NCBI GenBank assembly: GCA_963790025.1
Contig: CAWBMP010000002.1
Span: 416,001-480,000, forward strand
DNA from: Nitrospirota bacterium
GTDB lineage: Bacteria; Nitrospirota; Thermodesulfovibrionia; Thermodesulfovibrionales; Dissulfurispiraceae
Reading direction: 5' to 3'
Length of the DNA: 64,000 nucleotides
The translations under genes were made by a program, and so were the position numbers. The notes below the pieces were generated by a model, which saw nothing but the letters and a program-made list of their open reading frames with translations, did not search any database and was not told where the DNA came from. Numbering within the stretch: position 1 is the first letter of the stretch; each line of letters opens with the position of its first letter. Shown here piece by piece: positions 10,262-18,596 of the stretch.

Positions 10262-11533
10262 TTAAGGTGCAGCTTCGCCGACGACGGCTTGCAAACCCTC
10301 GGACAGGTCCTTGCCTTTGACTTCCGTTACTACTCCGTCAGTAAGACCAATATTGACATGGATAGGCTTGACAAATTTGCCCTGTTCGATCCAGATGGTC
10401 CCCCGCCGGGCTTGCGTCGCTCCTCCGGAGCCATGCCCTCCGTTACTGTCCGAATCTGATATTCCTGTCTGAGAGCGGGATTTTCTCCGGGCTTCCGGTG
10501 CGATTTGATCTGGCAAGGGAGACCAGCGCAGCGCCGCATTCGGGACCACCAGCACTCCCTCACGGCGGCCAACCTGAAAATTGGCTTTGGCGGTCATGTA
10601 TGGCAACAGCTTGCCGTCGGCATTGTTTGTGTTAACCTCGACAGTATATGTTACTACATTCTGCGTCATAGTCGCGTTGAACCGGGTTTGGCCGACTTCT
10701 CCGTGAAAAACGCGGTTGGGAAATGCATCTACTGTCAATGTTACAGGCTGACCTTCTGAAATGCTGCCTACATCAGATTCATTAACAGAAGCCCAAACCT
10801 GGACTTGTTTCAAGTCCTTCGCAATGAGGAACAGGCTCGTGGCACTCATACTCGACACAACGGTCTGACCGATATTTACCCGTCGGTCAACAATCACACC
10901 CTTGACAGGCGACTTAATTGTACAATAACCGAGATTCACCTGCGCGCTGCCGAGGTTGGCCTTTGCTTGCAATACTGCCGCCTTTGTCTGTTCCACAGCT
11001 GATTCAGCTGCTGCCAGGTTGGCTTTGGCAACCTCGAAATTTGCCCTGTACTGGTCGTAAGCGCTTTTAGACAATGCATCGGATGGCCCGAGCCTCTGGG
11101 CCCTGTCCCAGTCCTGCCGGGCCTGCAGTAACAAGGCTTCCATCTGAAGGATATTGGCATCGGCAGCGATCTTGTTGGCCATTGCCTGCTTCAGTTGTGC
11201 CTTAGAAGCTTCTACGGCAGCAGCATAAAGTGAATCGTCTATTCTCGCAAGTACAGTGCCCGGTTCAACAGGCGAACTGTAATTGATCATATTTCCGTAT
11301 TTGTCTTTGCCGAAGCTGCTGATCATCCCAGAAACCTGGGAGCCGACATCCACTACTACCTCCGGCTCCACTGTACCTGTTGCGCTGATTGTAGCTTCAA
11401 GGTCGCCACGTTTAATCACCACGGTACGGAATATCGGCCCTTTGCTCCCGCTGGCGCGAAGCCAAAAAATGCCGCCGCCGATGATAAACAAGCAAAAAAC
11501 TACCAGTATTGTTATTCCAACTTTTCGTTTCAC
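10262..11533 (-). CDS. MacA-like efflux periplasmic adaptor, copy 1 (tandem paralog; GTG 11533 or ATG 11551 start)
   Basis: Collinear and highly similar to 8845..10179 but lacks its last 22 residues. Confidence 0.9.
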   Translation of the reverse strand: MKRKVGITILVVFCLFIIGGGIFWLRASGSKGPIFRTVVIKRGDLEATISATGTVEPEVVVDVGSQVSGMISSFGKDKYGNMINYSSPVEPGTVLARIDDSLYAAAVEASKAQLKQAMANKIAADANILQMEALLLQARQDWDRAQRLGPSDALSKSAYDQYRANFEVAKANLAAAESAVEQTKAAVLQAKANLGSAQVNLGYCTIKSPVKGVIVDRRVNIGQTVVSSMSATSLFLIAKDLKQVQVWASVNESDVGSISEGQPVTLTVDAFPNRVFHGEVGQTRFNATMTQNVVTYTVEVNTNNADGKLLPYMTAKANFQVGRREGVLVVPNAALRWSPLPDQIAPEARRKSRSQTGISDSDSNGGHGSGGATQARRGTIWIEQGKFVKPIHVNIGLTDGVVTEVKGKDLSEGLQAVVGEAAP

Positions 11534-11832
11534 CCTTAATTGAGTCGTCATGGACAATCCAAAGGTTACAAGTGATATATAATATATAAAAAATACGTGG
11601 TCAAATTCATTATTGTGCCTCTCACCTTTTTACAGAATCAAGGCAGGAAATTTTTTCCGGGCGATAAACGAGAAGAGGAAAACATTGCCTGACTATCACT
11701 TGAACCCTTACAAAAACTTGCCTTTCATTACTGGACAGTTAATGATCTTTTACAGTTTAAAGATATTTCCGACATCTGATAATTAAAGGAAGTTTTCTGT
11801 TTTATTCCTCAAATCCTTCCATTCCCGTGATT

Positions 11833-11849
11833 CCGGCACACAAGTTGCA
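11833..11849 (+). promoter_or_regulatory. Sigma-54 (-24/-12) promoter candidate
   Basis: CCGGCACACAAGTTGCA: GG-N10-GC matching TGGCAC-N5-TTGC, about 45 nt before the ATG at 11894. Confidence 0.7.
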
Positions 11850-11893
11850 AAGATTGCATAGACATTTTTGATCAAAAAGGAGGTGAAAAGCAA

Positions 11894-12529
11894 ATGACGA
11901 TTCAATCAATCAGCACTCTCTATCAGAATCAGAACACAATGCAGACAGATTTCAAGAATTTTCGCAAAAACTTAAATGCCCTTCAGAGTGCGTTAAATTC
12001 AGGGAACCAGGACCAGGTTACGTTGTCTGAGACCGCTTTATCTGCAGCAATAACACAACTCCAGGGCAACTTTTCTACGCAGTCGGCCGGAGGCGGCAAT
12101 TCTGCCCAGGGCACGGGTAACACCGGTATGCAAAGTTTCCAGACCGACCTGCAGGCCCTCCAGACAGCTCTGAATTCAGCTGCCTCAGGCACTACGTCTA
12201 CGCCGTCCACTTCTGCGACAACCTCTACAACTCTGCAAAACTCTGTGGGCATTGCGTTGAACCAAGTTAAAAGCGACCTCTTCAGTATTAAGGAACATCG
12301 CCACCATCACCATCATGTGGGGGGTGGCAACTCCGGCAGTAACGCTTCCGGGGGTACCGGTTCTGCCTCGTCAAGCAGTGACACTAATAGCGACGATCTA
12401 ATGTTACAACTCCTTGGCATGTTGAATAGTAACACAAGCAGCGCCTCCGGCAATAACACTACTTCTCTGGCTGCACTCTTTGGCATGGTAAATAGCGGAA
12501 GCACTAACGGCATCAGCATTAAGACATAA
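11894..12529 (+). CDS. Hypothetical S/T/N/Q/G-rich protein with His tract
   Basis: AGGAGG RBS; HRHHHHH; repeated 'F..(D/N)L.ALQ.ALNS' helix; downstream hairpin. Confidence 0.85.
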   Translation: MTIQSISTLYQNQNTMQTDFKNFRKNLNALQSALNSGNQDQVTLSETALSAAITQLQGNFSTQSAGGGNSAQGTGNTGMQSFQTDLQALQTALNSAASGTTSTPSTSATTSTTLQNSVGIALNQVKSDLFSIKEHRHHHHHVGGGNSGSNASGGTGSASSSSDTNSDDLMLQLLGMLNSNTSSASGNNTTSLAALFGMVNSGSTNGISIKT

Positions 12530-12545
12530 GATTGCAGGACACTAG

Positions 12546-12577
12546 AAGAAGGAAGAGCAGGGGAACTCTTCCTTCTT
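12546..12577 (+). terminator. Stem-loop after the His-tract gene
   Basis: AAGAAGGAAGAG / CTCTTCCTTCTT perfect 12-bp arms. Confidence 0.6.
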
Positions 12578-12706
12578 ACTCCTTTTCTCGTGTAACCATA
12601 TTGCCTTTTTGATCGACTTAGTAAGACAAGTAGAAGTTGCGATAGGCTGCAACAAATATATTGAAGAACGGAAAGCTCTTTATTTTAATTTGTTTGCTGG
12701 AGGTGC

Positions 12707-12904
12707 ATGATGACTTGTCGGTATTTCAATGAGGATTATGCCGGTTTTTGCGGAGCAACAGCATCTTTACATATCCCCAGTATCAGTGATATGGAACAGC
12801 TCTGTTTTAAAAATTTTCAAAGCTGCCCTATATATAATGAATTTGAAGAAGACCACAGACCTGTTGCCGGCAAAATTTGTAATCAGGCGCTATTTCAGTC
12901 CTGA
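12707..12904 (+). CDS. Small Cys-containing hypothetical protein
   Basis: GGAGG RBS; C-x10-C...C-x6-CP pattern. Confidence 0.7.
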   Translation: MMTCRYFNEDYAGFCGATASLHIPSISDMEQLCFKNFQSCPIYNEFEEDHRPVAGKICNQALFQS

Positions 12905-12948
12905 GTTTTTTATAATTTCCGTTGACATTCGCAACCTATAGTTCGCTG

Positions 12949-14385
12949 TCAATTCGTTACCCGCGTTCTGTAAGTAAGTCTGGTCTCCCCGTCTTTGGAC
13001 ACCGGTATAGTGAATTCGACAGTATGGGCGTCGATTTTTTTGGGCACGTGTGATGCTGTCAGGATTGTCCAATCTCCAGGAATCGGCTCTATTACTTTAA
13101 CGGAAACGTCCCCCGCCCCGTGATTCCTCAAAGTTATCTCGAAACTGCTTTCATTCATAAAGCGGGAGATTTTGTTCCAATCCATCTGTTTCCTTTCTGC
13201 TGTGACATCAAACGCATCTCCGGTTTTTATGCTCAGTTTTTCTTTCTTAGGTGTATGGTCAACAGTGTTTTCTCCGACAAGCTGAGCGCTGCCGTCCCTG
13301 TCGTTTTTAAATACCCTTACCACTCCCTTGGGCAGTGGAATGCCGGGCCCGTTCTTTTCAGTATTCATTAGTTCAAGGTATACACCGACTTTCTGTGGCA
13401 GCGGGGCATCATATTTATTCATGAAATAAGAGGATTCACCCTTTAGCACAAGCTCTTTCTTTACAGATATATTGCGGGCATTCAAGAAAGCAATCTGCTT
13501 TATCTCGTTATCCTTTATCTGAATCGGACCGTCAAGCGTATAGATGTGATACTCTGAAAAACTCTCTTCTTTAACAGGTGATTCCCCATCAGCGACAGCC
13601 ATCAGAGGCATAATCTTGCCCGGTCCGTGTTCGCTCACTCTGCTTATATCTCCTGCCACAAGTTTTACGCGGGCATTTTTAAAGCCAATACCGCTTTGGT
13701 TATTGATAGTCACCCATCCCGTGAGGTCTGCCTTGTTGTCGGCTTCGTTGAGGGTGAGCGTATAATCCGCCTTCCAATCTATCCCTTCGGTAATATAGGC
13801 GGCCTCGATCCTCTGCGTCTGGACCGAGTTTTTTAGCAGCCAAAGAAGAGAAGGTTTAGAGACAACATCATCGGGCAGTTTCGGAAAGATAATCCTACCG
13901 GGATGATTAAAGGTGATCTCATCGCCCATTTTAAATACGGGACCATTATTGTTTGAGAGGAGTAGAGCAGTGACTATCTCTTCCTTGCCTGTGTAAGGGT
14001 CTTTCGACGAGAGCCTGACCTCCTTGCCTACGAATTTATCGAGCAATTTTTTGGGGCTTATAAGGTCATATTCGTAACGCTGCTCAAGCAACTGCATGCT
14101 GTCCGGCTTTACAGGAGAACTTACGCGAACACTTGATGGTATGATTTTAGTCGCTATGTCAGTGAATAGCACCTCCTGAACGCCAGCCCCCAGCAAAATA
14201 TTGCGCTGGTCTTTGACCAGCCCTATCCCGGAATTATAAACTGTGAGATACACCTCTATCTGCTGTCCCTGGTCCGACCGGACGATCTCGCCAAGACAGA
14301 CACTATTGAGAACGCAGGACACGCTAAACAAAATAGATACGATTAAAATGACTCCCTTACCCTTCACAGAAACCTCCTTTGTCAT
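12949..14385 (-). CDS. DUF4139-family secreted protein
   Basis: Signal-like N-terminus; LTVYN..GLVKDQR, EQRYEYDL, SKPSLLW, WKADY, GIPLPKGVVRVF. Confidence 0.85.
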   Translation of the reverse strand: MTKEVSVKGKGVILIVSILFSVSCVLNSVCLGEIVRSDQGQQIEVYLTVYNSGIGLVKDQRNILLGAGVQEVLFTDIATKIIPSSVRVSSPVKPDSMQLLEQRYEYDLISPKKLLDKFVGKEVRLSSKDPYTGKEEIVTALLLSNNNGPVFKMGDEITFNHPGRIIFPKLPDDVVSKPSLLWLLKNSVQTQRIEAAYITEGIDWKADYTLTLNEADNKADLTGWVTINNQSGIGFKNARVKLVAGDISRVSEHGPGKIMPLMAVADGESPVKEESFSEYHIYTLDGPIQIKDNEIKQIAFLNARNISVKKELVLKGESSYFMNKYDAPLPQKVGVYLELMNTEKNGPGIPLPKGVVRVFKNDRDGSAQLVGENTVDHTPKKEKLSIKTGDAFDVTAERKQMDWNKISRFMNESSFEITLRNHGAGDVSVKVIEPIPGDWTILTASHVPKKIDAHTVEFTIPVSKDGETRLTYRTRVTN

Positions 14386-14738
14386 GCCACGGCAGGCTCA
14401 ATACCGATTTTCTCAATTAATCCATTCAGTAAACCAAACAATAAAGTATCAATAACATGTTGATACATTGTGCATAAAAGGATGAACAAACCCGCCCCTT
14501 TTCCCTGATGGTCAATAGTTTAGTGCCTTTGAAACCAGCTAAAGATTAACGTCTGAGTCGGATATTTGCTTACATTTCGGGCGGAAGCCATACAAAAAGT
14601 TATCAACATTTGTTAATAAAGCGTTGATAACTTTTTAGTATAAATAAATTTAAATTAGCGGGACTGACTTTCATATTTAACTGCCTGTATGTAACCGCAT
14701 TGAGAACAGAAATTCCGGCATCTGCAGGAACAGCCGGA

Positions 14739-16070
14739 CTACTCGATTTTTCCGAGTATTTTTATGAATGTTTTTAAAAACTTATGGTCGTAATTTTCCG
14801 TTTCTTTAGCTATAACAGAAAGGGCAAAATAAGGCGCCAATGCAGGCTTGAAAGGCCGCTGCGTTGTCAGAGCATCGAAGCAGTCCGCAATTGCGGTGAT
14901 CCGTCCAAAGGTTTCGATATCATTGCCGGATAGTTGGTACGGATATCCCTTGCCGGACAATTTTTCGTGGTGCTGTAATACGGCTGGGAAGGATTCTTCG
15001 GGGAATTCCTTGAAACAACGCAGAATTCTCTCTCCTTCAAAAACATGGTTCCTGAGTATGTGATATTCGGCGTGATTAAGCTTTCCCTGCTTGTGCAGAA
15101 TCTCTGGAGGAATAAGGCTCTTGCCGATGTCATGGAGAATTGCTCCTATCCCCAGCTTTTCCACAAGATCTCTTTTCAGGTCCAGGGCAATGCCCAGGCT
15201 CACAGAAAGGACTGCCACATTCACCGAATGCGTATAGGTGTAATAGTCACACCCCTTCAGCGAGAGAAGCCCGTAAACGGCATCTCTGTTTTCCATTATA
15301 CTGTCAATCATTTCATTTATCGAGTCTTTCAGTTCCCGTATCTTCTCTTCACCTGCAGGGTAATTAAGAATATCTCCGGTAAGTATTTCTGCTTTTTCTT
15401 TTGTCTCCATCTTCTTTACGCGTGTAACGCCCACATGACTGTCGAAAAATTCGCTCAATACAACTTTAGCCTTTTCCTTTATGGTTGTAAGTTTTATCCT
15501 GCACTTGTCATCTGAGGGAATAGTTGGTGAAGTTGAAAGTAAATTGAGATATTCATAATACAGCGGAATATCCGCTCTCTTTATAACGACATCGCCTGTT
15601 ACTGTTTGTACTCTTTCATCTATCGGCGCAGGCTGTTCGACAGTAGCCTCGACAAGCGGAGAAAATTCGTGGTTATCAAACGAATAGAGACCAAAGCATA
15701 GCTCTACTCCCGGAATGAGAAATGTCCTGTCTATTTGATGATACTGGTCTTTGTAAAACGAATACTCCCTGAACATGGCAGGGTCATCGCAAATAGAACC
15801 CTTTTGTGGTTTTTTTACGGAAAAGAATGCTTTGTTATCGTCAATATCTTTTGTTCTGACATAAACTTCTGATATGCCCTGCTCTTTCAGATCGTCCTTT
15901 ACAGCAGCGGTAATCAGCATCCCCTCTCTGAAGAGGGGTCTGATAATACTGAAATCCTTAATGAAAACATCAAAAGGCAAATTCTTGCCTTCAGTTAGCT
16001 TTTCCACATCAACTACGGTATGGTACTCAAACGAGGACTTTATGTTCACTCGCTTTTTCGACGTAAACAT
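14739..16070 (-). CDS. HD-GYP domain protein (c-di-GMP phosphodiesterase-like)
   Basis: YTYTHSVNV, LHDIGK, HHEKLSGKGYP, IADCFDALTTQRPFK; GGAGG upstream of MFTSKK. Confidence 0.92.
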   Translation of the reverse strand: MFTSKKRVNIKSSFEYHTVVDVEKLTEGKNLPFDVFIKDFSIIRPLFREGMLITAAVKDDLKEQGISEVYVRTKDIDDNKAFFSVKKPQKGSICDDPAMFREYSFYKDQYHQIDRTFLIPGVELCFGLYSFDNHEFSPLVEATVEQPAPIDERVQTVTGDVVIKRADIPLYYEYLNLLSTSPTIPSDDKCRIKLTTIKEKAKVVLSEFFDSHVGVTRVKKMETKEKAEILTGDILNYPAGEEKIRELKDSINEMIDSIMENRDAVYGLLSLKGCDYYTYTHSVNVAVLSVSLGIALDLKRDLVEKLGIGAILHDIGKSLIPPEILHKQGKLNHAEYHILRNHVFEGERILRCFKEFPEESFPAVLQHHEKLSGKGYPYQLSGNDIETFGRITAIADCFDALTTQRPFKPALAPYFALSVIAKETENYDHKFLKTFIKILGKIE

Positions 16071-16300
16071 ATGCGACTTCCCCTCCCGAGCCACTTTGCT
16101 AAGCCGTTTGCCACAAATTAATGGCATTAGAAATACTATGATTAATAATACATCTTTAATCTTATTTTTGTCATCTCCTGTTGACAACACTCCTGTTGTT
16201 AACATCCCGATTATCCGGGACCATTATTTTGAGTGAAATTTGACTTTTATATGATATCTGTTAGAATTCTCTTATAATTTCTATTTGAAAAGGAGGCATT

Positions 16301-16879
16301 ATGTCGTATACCGCAAAGGATTATGGAAAGCTCATAGGCATGGAAGGCTTCAGCGAAACATTGCTCAAGAACCACTTTACACTCTACCAGGGTTATGTCA
16401 CAAACACTAACAAAGTCCTTGATTCGCTGTCGGCGATGATAAAAGAGGAGAAAGGAGGCACGCCCGAGTTTGCAGAGATGAAGAGAAGGCTCGGCTGGGA
16501 ATTCAACGGTATGAGACTCCACGAATACTACTTTGAGAACCTCGGCGGCAAGGGCGGCATACAGAAAGACGGCAAGCTCACCGCAAAGCTTGCTGAGGAT
16601 TTCGGAAGCTATGAAGCGTGGGAGAAGCACTTCAGAGCGACCGGCGCCATGAGAGGTATAGGATGGGTTGCACTTTATCAGGATACTTCAAACGGCAAGC
16701 TTATCAATTTCTGGATAAATGAGCATGATACGGGACACCCGGCGGGGGGCAACCCGATATTGATAATGGATGTGTTTGAGCATGCCTTCATGACCGATTA
16801 TGGTCTCAAGAGGGTCGATTATATCGAGGCATTCTTCAAAAATATCGATTGGAAAACAGTGGAAGGACGACTTAAATAA
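16301..16879 (+). CDS. Fe/Mn superoxide dismutase family protein (atypical, ChrC-like N-terminus)
   Basis: NHFTLYQGYV, GMRLHEYYF, GIGWVAL, MDVFEHAF; AGGAGG RBS. Confidence 0.92.
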   Translation: MSYTAKDYGKLIGMEGFSETLLKNHFTLYQGYVTNTNKVLDSLSAMIKEEKGGTPEFAEMKRRLGWEFNGMRLHEYYFENLGGKGGIQKDGKLTAKLAEDFGSYEAWEKHFRATGAMRGIGWVALYQDTSNGKLINFWINEHDTGHPAGGNPILIMDVFEHAFMTDYGLKRVDYIEAFFKNIDWKTVEGRLK

Positions 16880-16999
16880 AAAGAAACCACAGAGGCACAG
16901 AGACACAGAGAAAAAGTCAGGTTAAAATAATTCCTGTAAAAATCTTTTTTATATATTATTTCTCCGTGTCAGTGCCTCTGTGGTCAGGATTTTGACACT

Positions 17000-17113
17000 A
17001 TGCAAAAAGAAAGTTTTTCCAGAAAGATAGCTTTCCTGAGGGCTGGATGGTGGATAATTCATTTTATCGGTATATCAATTGTGTATACATTGGGGCATCT
17101 TCTCTGGAGGTAA
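17000..17113 (+). CDS. 37-aa single-TM peptide, PsbE (cytochrome b559 alpha)-like; absent from the ORF track
   Basis: MQKESFSRKIAFLRAGWWIIHFIGISIVYTLGHLLWR*; AGGA 10 nt upstream; paralogous to the next ORF. Confidence 0.75.
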   Translation: MQKESFSRKIAFLRAGWWIIHFIGISIVYTLGHLLWR

Positions 17114-17114
17114 T

Positions 17115-17219
17115 ATGCTGAAGTATTTTATGCGGTTCAAACCCGGCTGGTGGATTCTCCACATTCTCGCGATAGGGCTGACTTTTTATCTTGGCCATAT
17201 GGCAAGATTTTCGTCTTAG
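17115..17219 (+). CDS. 34-aa single-TM peptide, PsbF (cytochrome b559 beta)-like; absent from the ORF track
   Basis: MLKYFMRFKPGWWILHILAIGLTFYLGHMARFSS*; GGAGG at 17106-17110; ATG one base after the previous stop. Confidence 0.8.
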   Translation: MLKYFMRFKPGWWILHILAIGLTFYLGHMARFSS

Positions 17220-17228
17220 GGTTTGCGC

Positions 17229-17630
17229 ATGACTAAAAAAGTATTGCTGGTTGCCTTGTTTCTCATAGCATTGTCGGGGTTGATGCTTCATTGGCGCATC
17301 CATAGCTTCATGGTGCACGACAAAGTGCACCCTGAGGTTCTGGTTTTCGACGGTACCCGCTTCCTCTCTTTTATATTTCCGCTTATTGATGTTATTGTAG
17401 TAACGATACTCTTCATGTCGAGGAAGACTGCTGTTTATGGCTATCTTCTTAACGGGTTAATAGTAATTTACGGAACGGTTTTTATGGCCCATTTCAGTAT
17501 TGCCGAAATGATCACAAAATCTCTGCCCCTCGACTCGCTGCTGGTGAAATCGACACTGCCGGATATCATGGTGGCATGGGTTGATTTTTTGATTGGCAAA
17601 GCACTTTACGACCTGCACATGAAAGGTTGA
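17229..17630 (+). CDS. Hypothetical multi-pass membrane protein with intramembrane His
   Basis: About 4 hydrophobic segments; LMLHWRIH, FMAHFS; tight operon spacing. Confidence 0.85.
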   Translation: MTKKVLLVALFLIALSGLMLHWRIHSFMVHDKVHPEVLVFDGTRFLSFIFPLIDVIVVTILFMSRKTAVYGYLLNGLIVIYGTVFMAHFSIAEMITKSLPLDSLLVKSTLPDIMVAWVDFLIGKALYDLHMKG

Positions 17631-17634
17631 TATA

Positions 17635-18081
17635 ATGCCGCACGCGGGTTTGATGAATGCTTATGAACTTGGTCCCGAAGCAGCAGCCCTGCAGCAGGCA
17701 AAGCTTCACATAAGGGGTGGAAGGCGCAGATTGACACAGGGAAAGATCGCTGAAGGCATAGTTACGCTCTACGATGCCCTGAGCAGTGCAATGCAGTGGT
17801 ATATACTTTCCCCCGCGCGTCGGGCGCTGCTCCGCATTACTGATGATGACGACCTTAACAACGATAGAACCGTTTTTGACATTTTGACCAGCTCAGGAGT
17901 ACTTGACGGAACCTTCGATTACGAAGCTTTTGACCTGGTAGTGGAGCGGGCGCTCCGTGAAAGTCTCCCTGATTATGATTATTCCCCCCTGGTTGAGGGA
18001 ATCGAATCAGTGATGACGCAGCTCCGGGTGATGCCTTTCGATGAAAATTCGCTTCCGCCCGAAGACCCGGCAACATATTAA
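17635..18081 (+). CDS. Hypothetical protein
   Basis: 148-aa ORF 4 nt after the previous stop. Confidence 0.8.
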   Translation: MPHAGLMNAYELGPEAAALQQAKLHIRGGRRRLTQGKIAEGIVTLYDALSSAMQWYILSPARRALLRITDDDDLNNDRTVFDILTSSGVLDGTFDYEAFDLVVERALRESLPDYDYSPLVEGIESVMTQLRVMPFDENSLPPEDPATY

Positions 18082-18176
18082 AAAAGGTAAAGGTATAGAC
18101 AGAGGTAGAGTAAAAAAACATATTTTTTTATCTTTACCTATATCTTCACCTTTGCCTGTCTTTAAAGGGGGAGAGA

Positions 18177-18596
18177 ATGATTTTTACCGAGGACTTTGAC
18201 GACCAGTTGAGAAGTCTGGGCAGGGAATTCCTGATTGCCGATATTCAGTATGTGAACAGCTTGACTTCGTGGACAAAAAAGAATAACGCATCGCTGAGCG
18301 AGCCCGCACAGCCCATGAAACTTATCACAGGCGCCAATAACCAGCTTGTGATGATTGTGCAAAAAGAGATAAGTGATGAGGCGGTTGAAGGCATTATCAA
18401 CGCGCTGAGTGTGAGGTGGGCGGTCAGCGATGTTGTTACGGATATCAACAAACGGCTTAACAGCCCCGAGAAAAAGCTGGCCTGGTACTTTCTGAAAGAA
18501 TATGCCAGGACAAAAGAAGACCTCGTCGGAGACGACCTGCTTGAAGATCGGTGGACCATCAATAAGATGGAGAAATTGGGATTTTTCAGAAAATGA
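18177..18596 (+). CDS. Hypothetical protein
   Basis: GGGGAG RBS; ATGA overlap with the next gene. Confidence 0.8.
   Translation: MIFTEDFDDQLRSLGREFLIADIQYVNSLTSWTKKNNASLSEPAQPMKLITGANNQLVMIVQKEISDEAVEGIINALSVRWAVSDVVTDINKRLNSPEKKLAWYFLKEYARTKEDLVGDDLLEDRWTINKMEKLGFFRK

Noticed and set aside
16178..16285. PerR/Fur box upstream of sod
   Set aside because: Only weak AT-rich partial matches; a dyad TGTTGACAACA-N4-TGTTGTTAACA exists but cannot be assigned
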